Source: Hormiphora californensis
Taxonomy: Eukaryota > Animalia > Ctenophora
Direction of reading: 5' to 3'
Length of the DNA: 64,000 bases
Assembly (NCBI GenBank): GCA_020137815.1
Contig: CM035352.1
Coordinates: 7,874,001-7,938,000, forward strand
In this document: positions 60,801 through 64,000 of the stretch, one piece after another
Position numbering within the stretch: position 1 is the stretch's first letter
Layout: the number at the start of each line of letters is the position of its first letter
Notes under the pieces: generated by a model
The model's input: the letters and a program-made list of their open reading frames with translations, nothing else
What the model was told of the DNA's origin: nothing
Databases searched by the model: none
Made by a program: the position numbers and the translations under genes

Positions 60801-62469
60801 TTTAACTCTCTGACATACATTTGCTAAACGAGTCGTGTGGAAGGTGAATGGTGCGACAACATCATCAAGAGAACGGATGTGTAACTGAAGTTGGCTTCAG
60901 GTCGAATTTAAAAAGAATGATAAAAACACACATAAAAACACTAATTGGCTTCAGGTCAAAAGAATTATAAAAACACTAAAAATTACCAAGGGTTCATATA
61001 TCAAAATGCATATCCACAACTGGTAACAGTGTCGAGATTCAAGAAAAAAGCAGAGCCGGTGGAGAGCTAAGAACTCTTTTAACCTATCAAGCTTGTTATT
61101 CATAGAGTAGACCTGAGTGAGGTTCTTCAGGGGGCAACCTACTGAGTACCGATCGAACGGATCGGTAGTACCACTGTGGTAGGACGCAGCTGAATGCTGT
61201 GTCGAGAACAGGGCATCAATCAGACTCTGGGGAACAGGCCAAGGGCGGCGGCCAGGGTCAGGGGCATGACCCGTGGGGAGTGAAACATCCCACAACCAAG
61301 GATCAGGGCGCAGCCCAGGTAGGGGTGATTGAGGTGCAGGCCGCCGAGGGCAGAGGGCTCGAGAACTGCCAAAATTTGGAAAAAAGAACGACCGGTGCAA
61401 TTTGAGGGCTCGAGAACAAAACAAAAAACTTTCCAGTTTCAAAAAAATCCAGATTCAACAAAATTTGTGGAAAAACTTGAAGATTGTAGCGCGGCAAAAA
61501 CAGTAACGCGCGAATTAAATAACAGAAAACGATGCAATTTGAGCCGCGCAGCTAAAAGTTTCAATTTAGAAACGAAAATAAAATCAACCGGGCCGCGTTT
61601 TTCCTCTTTTGAATTTCGATTTTCGCCTCCGTGTCCAAATTTCGGATTCATTCGGTGTTTTACCACTTTTAAGGTTCACAGTGAATCTCCTGACCGTGGC
61701 TCACGCCTCTATAACCGGACGCACACTCTGCATCGCACAGGGACACACTGGGCCCAGGCCCCAGCCCCCAGCTTCATCCCCGGGTTCACTCTGTGACCAA
61801 TCGTGGTGGGCGTTTTGATATCTGAAACGGGAAACCCCGGTACCGGTTACTGTTGTGTTCAAAAGAATAGAGTGTCCATATCAGCGGAGATCAAGCAAAA
61901 GAGTTAACTGTTAAGATATGGTTTGGGTTTGAGTTTTGGATAGGGGTTTCAATAGTAGGCAGTAGCCCTAACCCATCTCGGCTGCTAACATCGATGAATT
62001 GTTAGTTCCCTCACGCACATCCCTGGCCCCTACAACGAGAGGAGGCAGCAACACCAACCACAGCCTTACCGCGTTCCTTACCCTTGTAACATGTGCTGTC
62101 TTTTTTGGTGAGCTGGTTTCAAAACAGATCACAACTTTTTACCAGTAGAGTGAGTAAAGGTGAGGCAGAGTGTGAGGCCAAGTAGGGCAATTTTCATTCA
62201 AGTCAATCATTTTCGGTACTCAAAGTAATTTTTGATTTGTTTCTGACATATGCATTGGCACGGATTGGCAAACATATATCTTGGCAGTATCATGTATCAT
62301 CACTGCAGATACTCACAGTCAAGCCAACTTATTAGCTCCTACAGTATAGTCCCAGCTTCTCTTGACTAATGAGTGCTACCTAACTAAGGATTATGATTGG
62401 TCGATTTCCCATGCAAGGGATATCCACACGAAATTGAGGGGTAGCGACTAGCGAGATACTAAAGGAATA

Positions 62470-63262
62470 TAGTAGAGTCGATAACTACATCGACCTCTCC
62501 CAATTGTTCCAGTTTTTGTCACATCTGTTTGGAGCCTCGACACGACCTCTAAACAGGTGTTACTTTTTCACAAACTGTTTTCATCTTGGTGTAATCAGCA
62601 GTTGAAATGTTGCTGATCATAACAAAAACCTGACTAAATTTTTTCAACTTGGGGTAAAACCATGGGTGTCAAAAGTTAGCTCTAGGTCCCCTGAGTAACC
62701 ATCCGGAGACTCTAAGAGATATTTCAAGCCGTTCTCCCGTAATCATTAATCCCGGTGGAGAAAAAAATACAATGCGGACGTACGTGAGCGCTGGCAGGCT
62801 GTTTACATGTTATTGTATGTCTCTCACTCTCTCTGGAAAAACCGCACGTGCGGTTGCGCCGCGCGAGATAACTCTTTCTCAAGGGGGAGAAAAGAGATAG
62901 ACGCACATTAACGTTATACATTAAAGTTGAGGTTGTAGGCAATTGCACGTACGTCCATACTCAAATATGTGCTCTACCGGGATTAATGATTACAGGAGAA
63001 CGGCTTGAAATATCTCTTGGAGTCTCCGGATGGTTACTCAGGGGACCTAGAGCTAACTTTTGACACCCATGGTTTTACCCCAAGTTGAAAAAAAATAGTT
63101 CGGTTTTTGTTATGATCAACAACATTTCAACTGCTGATTACACCAAGATGAAAACAGTTTGTGAAAAAGTAACACCTGTTTAGAGGTCGTGTCGAGGCTC
63201 CAAACTGATGTGACAAAAACTGGAACAATTGGGAGAGGTCGATGTAGTTATCGACTCTACTA
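62470..63262. mobile_element. Palindromic MITE with arms of about 290 bp
   Basis: TAGTAGAGTCGATAACTACATCGACC ... GGTCGATGTAGTTATCGACTCTACTA, with ATA on both flanks. Confidence 0.85.
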
Positions 63263-63914
63263 ATAGGAGTAGGACAGCGAGAGAGGGAGATAGATAATGA
63301 GATAAACCATTTCATTAATAAGATCTTTGATGATACGAGATTAAATGATAATAAAACATCCTAAAATTCCTGTCAATTTGAAAAGTTTATCTTTCTGTCT
63401 CCCGCTCATTCGTTGGACTGTCCAAATCTAATTAACCGTAAAAGTAAATTAGAGAGGCCCAAACCTGCTGAGTTTTAACTGTGAGAGGAAACTGTAACTT
63501 CGCTAAATTACATAGAAATTATGTTTCCGGCCTGCGAAGAGCAAGAAAGTGCAATTCTCGCTGGGTTCTCTCTCTTTCTTTCTTTCTCTATCTCTCTCTC
63601 TCTCTCTCTCACTCTCTCCCTCCCTCCCTCATTACCCCCGAAAGGTTTGTCAGTAGTGGTACCAAGCTAATTTGCACTTTGATACTCAACACGCACTTGT
63701 TGTGTGATTCTTTCCTCTCTCTCTCACAAACTTGGTGAGGTTGTGTTTTCATAAATTATCTCAACATATATGTATTATATTCAAATCCGCAGAACAAATA
63801 TATCAAATAGCCTCCTCTTCGTTCTCTTTTGTTGCGGTGGGGTCTAACTCAATCCAATAGAGCTTGGTTTGCTATGCTCTCTGAGAAAGAGAAATGGAGA
63901 GGGTGTCGAGCCGA

Positions 63915-64000
63915 GTGGTATCAAATCTCTCTGAGAGGAACGAGCAAGGCAGGGTGGTATCAAATCTCTCTGAGAGGAACTCGAGCAAGGCAGGGTGGTA
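63915..64000. repeat. Tandem repeat of about 40 bp running off the window end
   Basis: Two or more copies of GTGGTATCAAATCTCTCTGAGAGGAAC(TC)GAGCAAGGCAGG. Confidence 0.7.

Overview
Eukaryotic (animal) genomic DNA, gene-dense and intron-containing, with many (GA/CT)n microsatellites, palindromic MITEs and three LINEs. A ctenophore-like origin is inferred from the spliced-leader-like motif, nested genes and a protein motif I associate with ctenophores; this is not proven. Genes, left to right: an Ig + laminin-EGF protein (-), an uncharacterised 4-exon coiled-coil protein (-), a rhodopsin-class GPCR with a roughly 600-aa third intracellular loop (+), a USF-like bHLH factor (+), FTSJ3/Spb1 (+), a carboxyl/cholinesterase-family gene (+) hosting a nested sushi-domain gene (-), and a tight same-strand cluster of cilia/sperm-associated genes (PFN4-like, PPP1R42-like, FAM228-like, IFT20; all -). 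The top observation is an intact two-ORF CR1/L2-group LINE (18357-24336, -). Its ends are fixed by the palindromic MITE it splits, and its first 36 nt (ACTTTCATCAACTACAACGTAAAACTATTTATTGAG) look like a trans-spliced leader. This suggests a retrotransposon whose 5' end is made, and possibly regenerated, by SL trans-splicing. Other highlights are the operon-like ciliary cluster, pervasive tandem 'stuttering' of splice-acceptor junctions, and a microsatellite intron flanked by a 13-bp direct repeat. Isolated indels in otherwise conserved ORFs suggest residual assembly errors. All calls were made by eye, without database searches.
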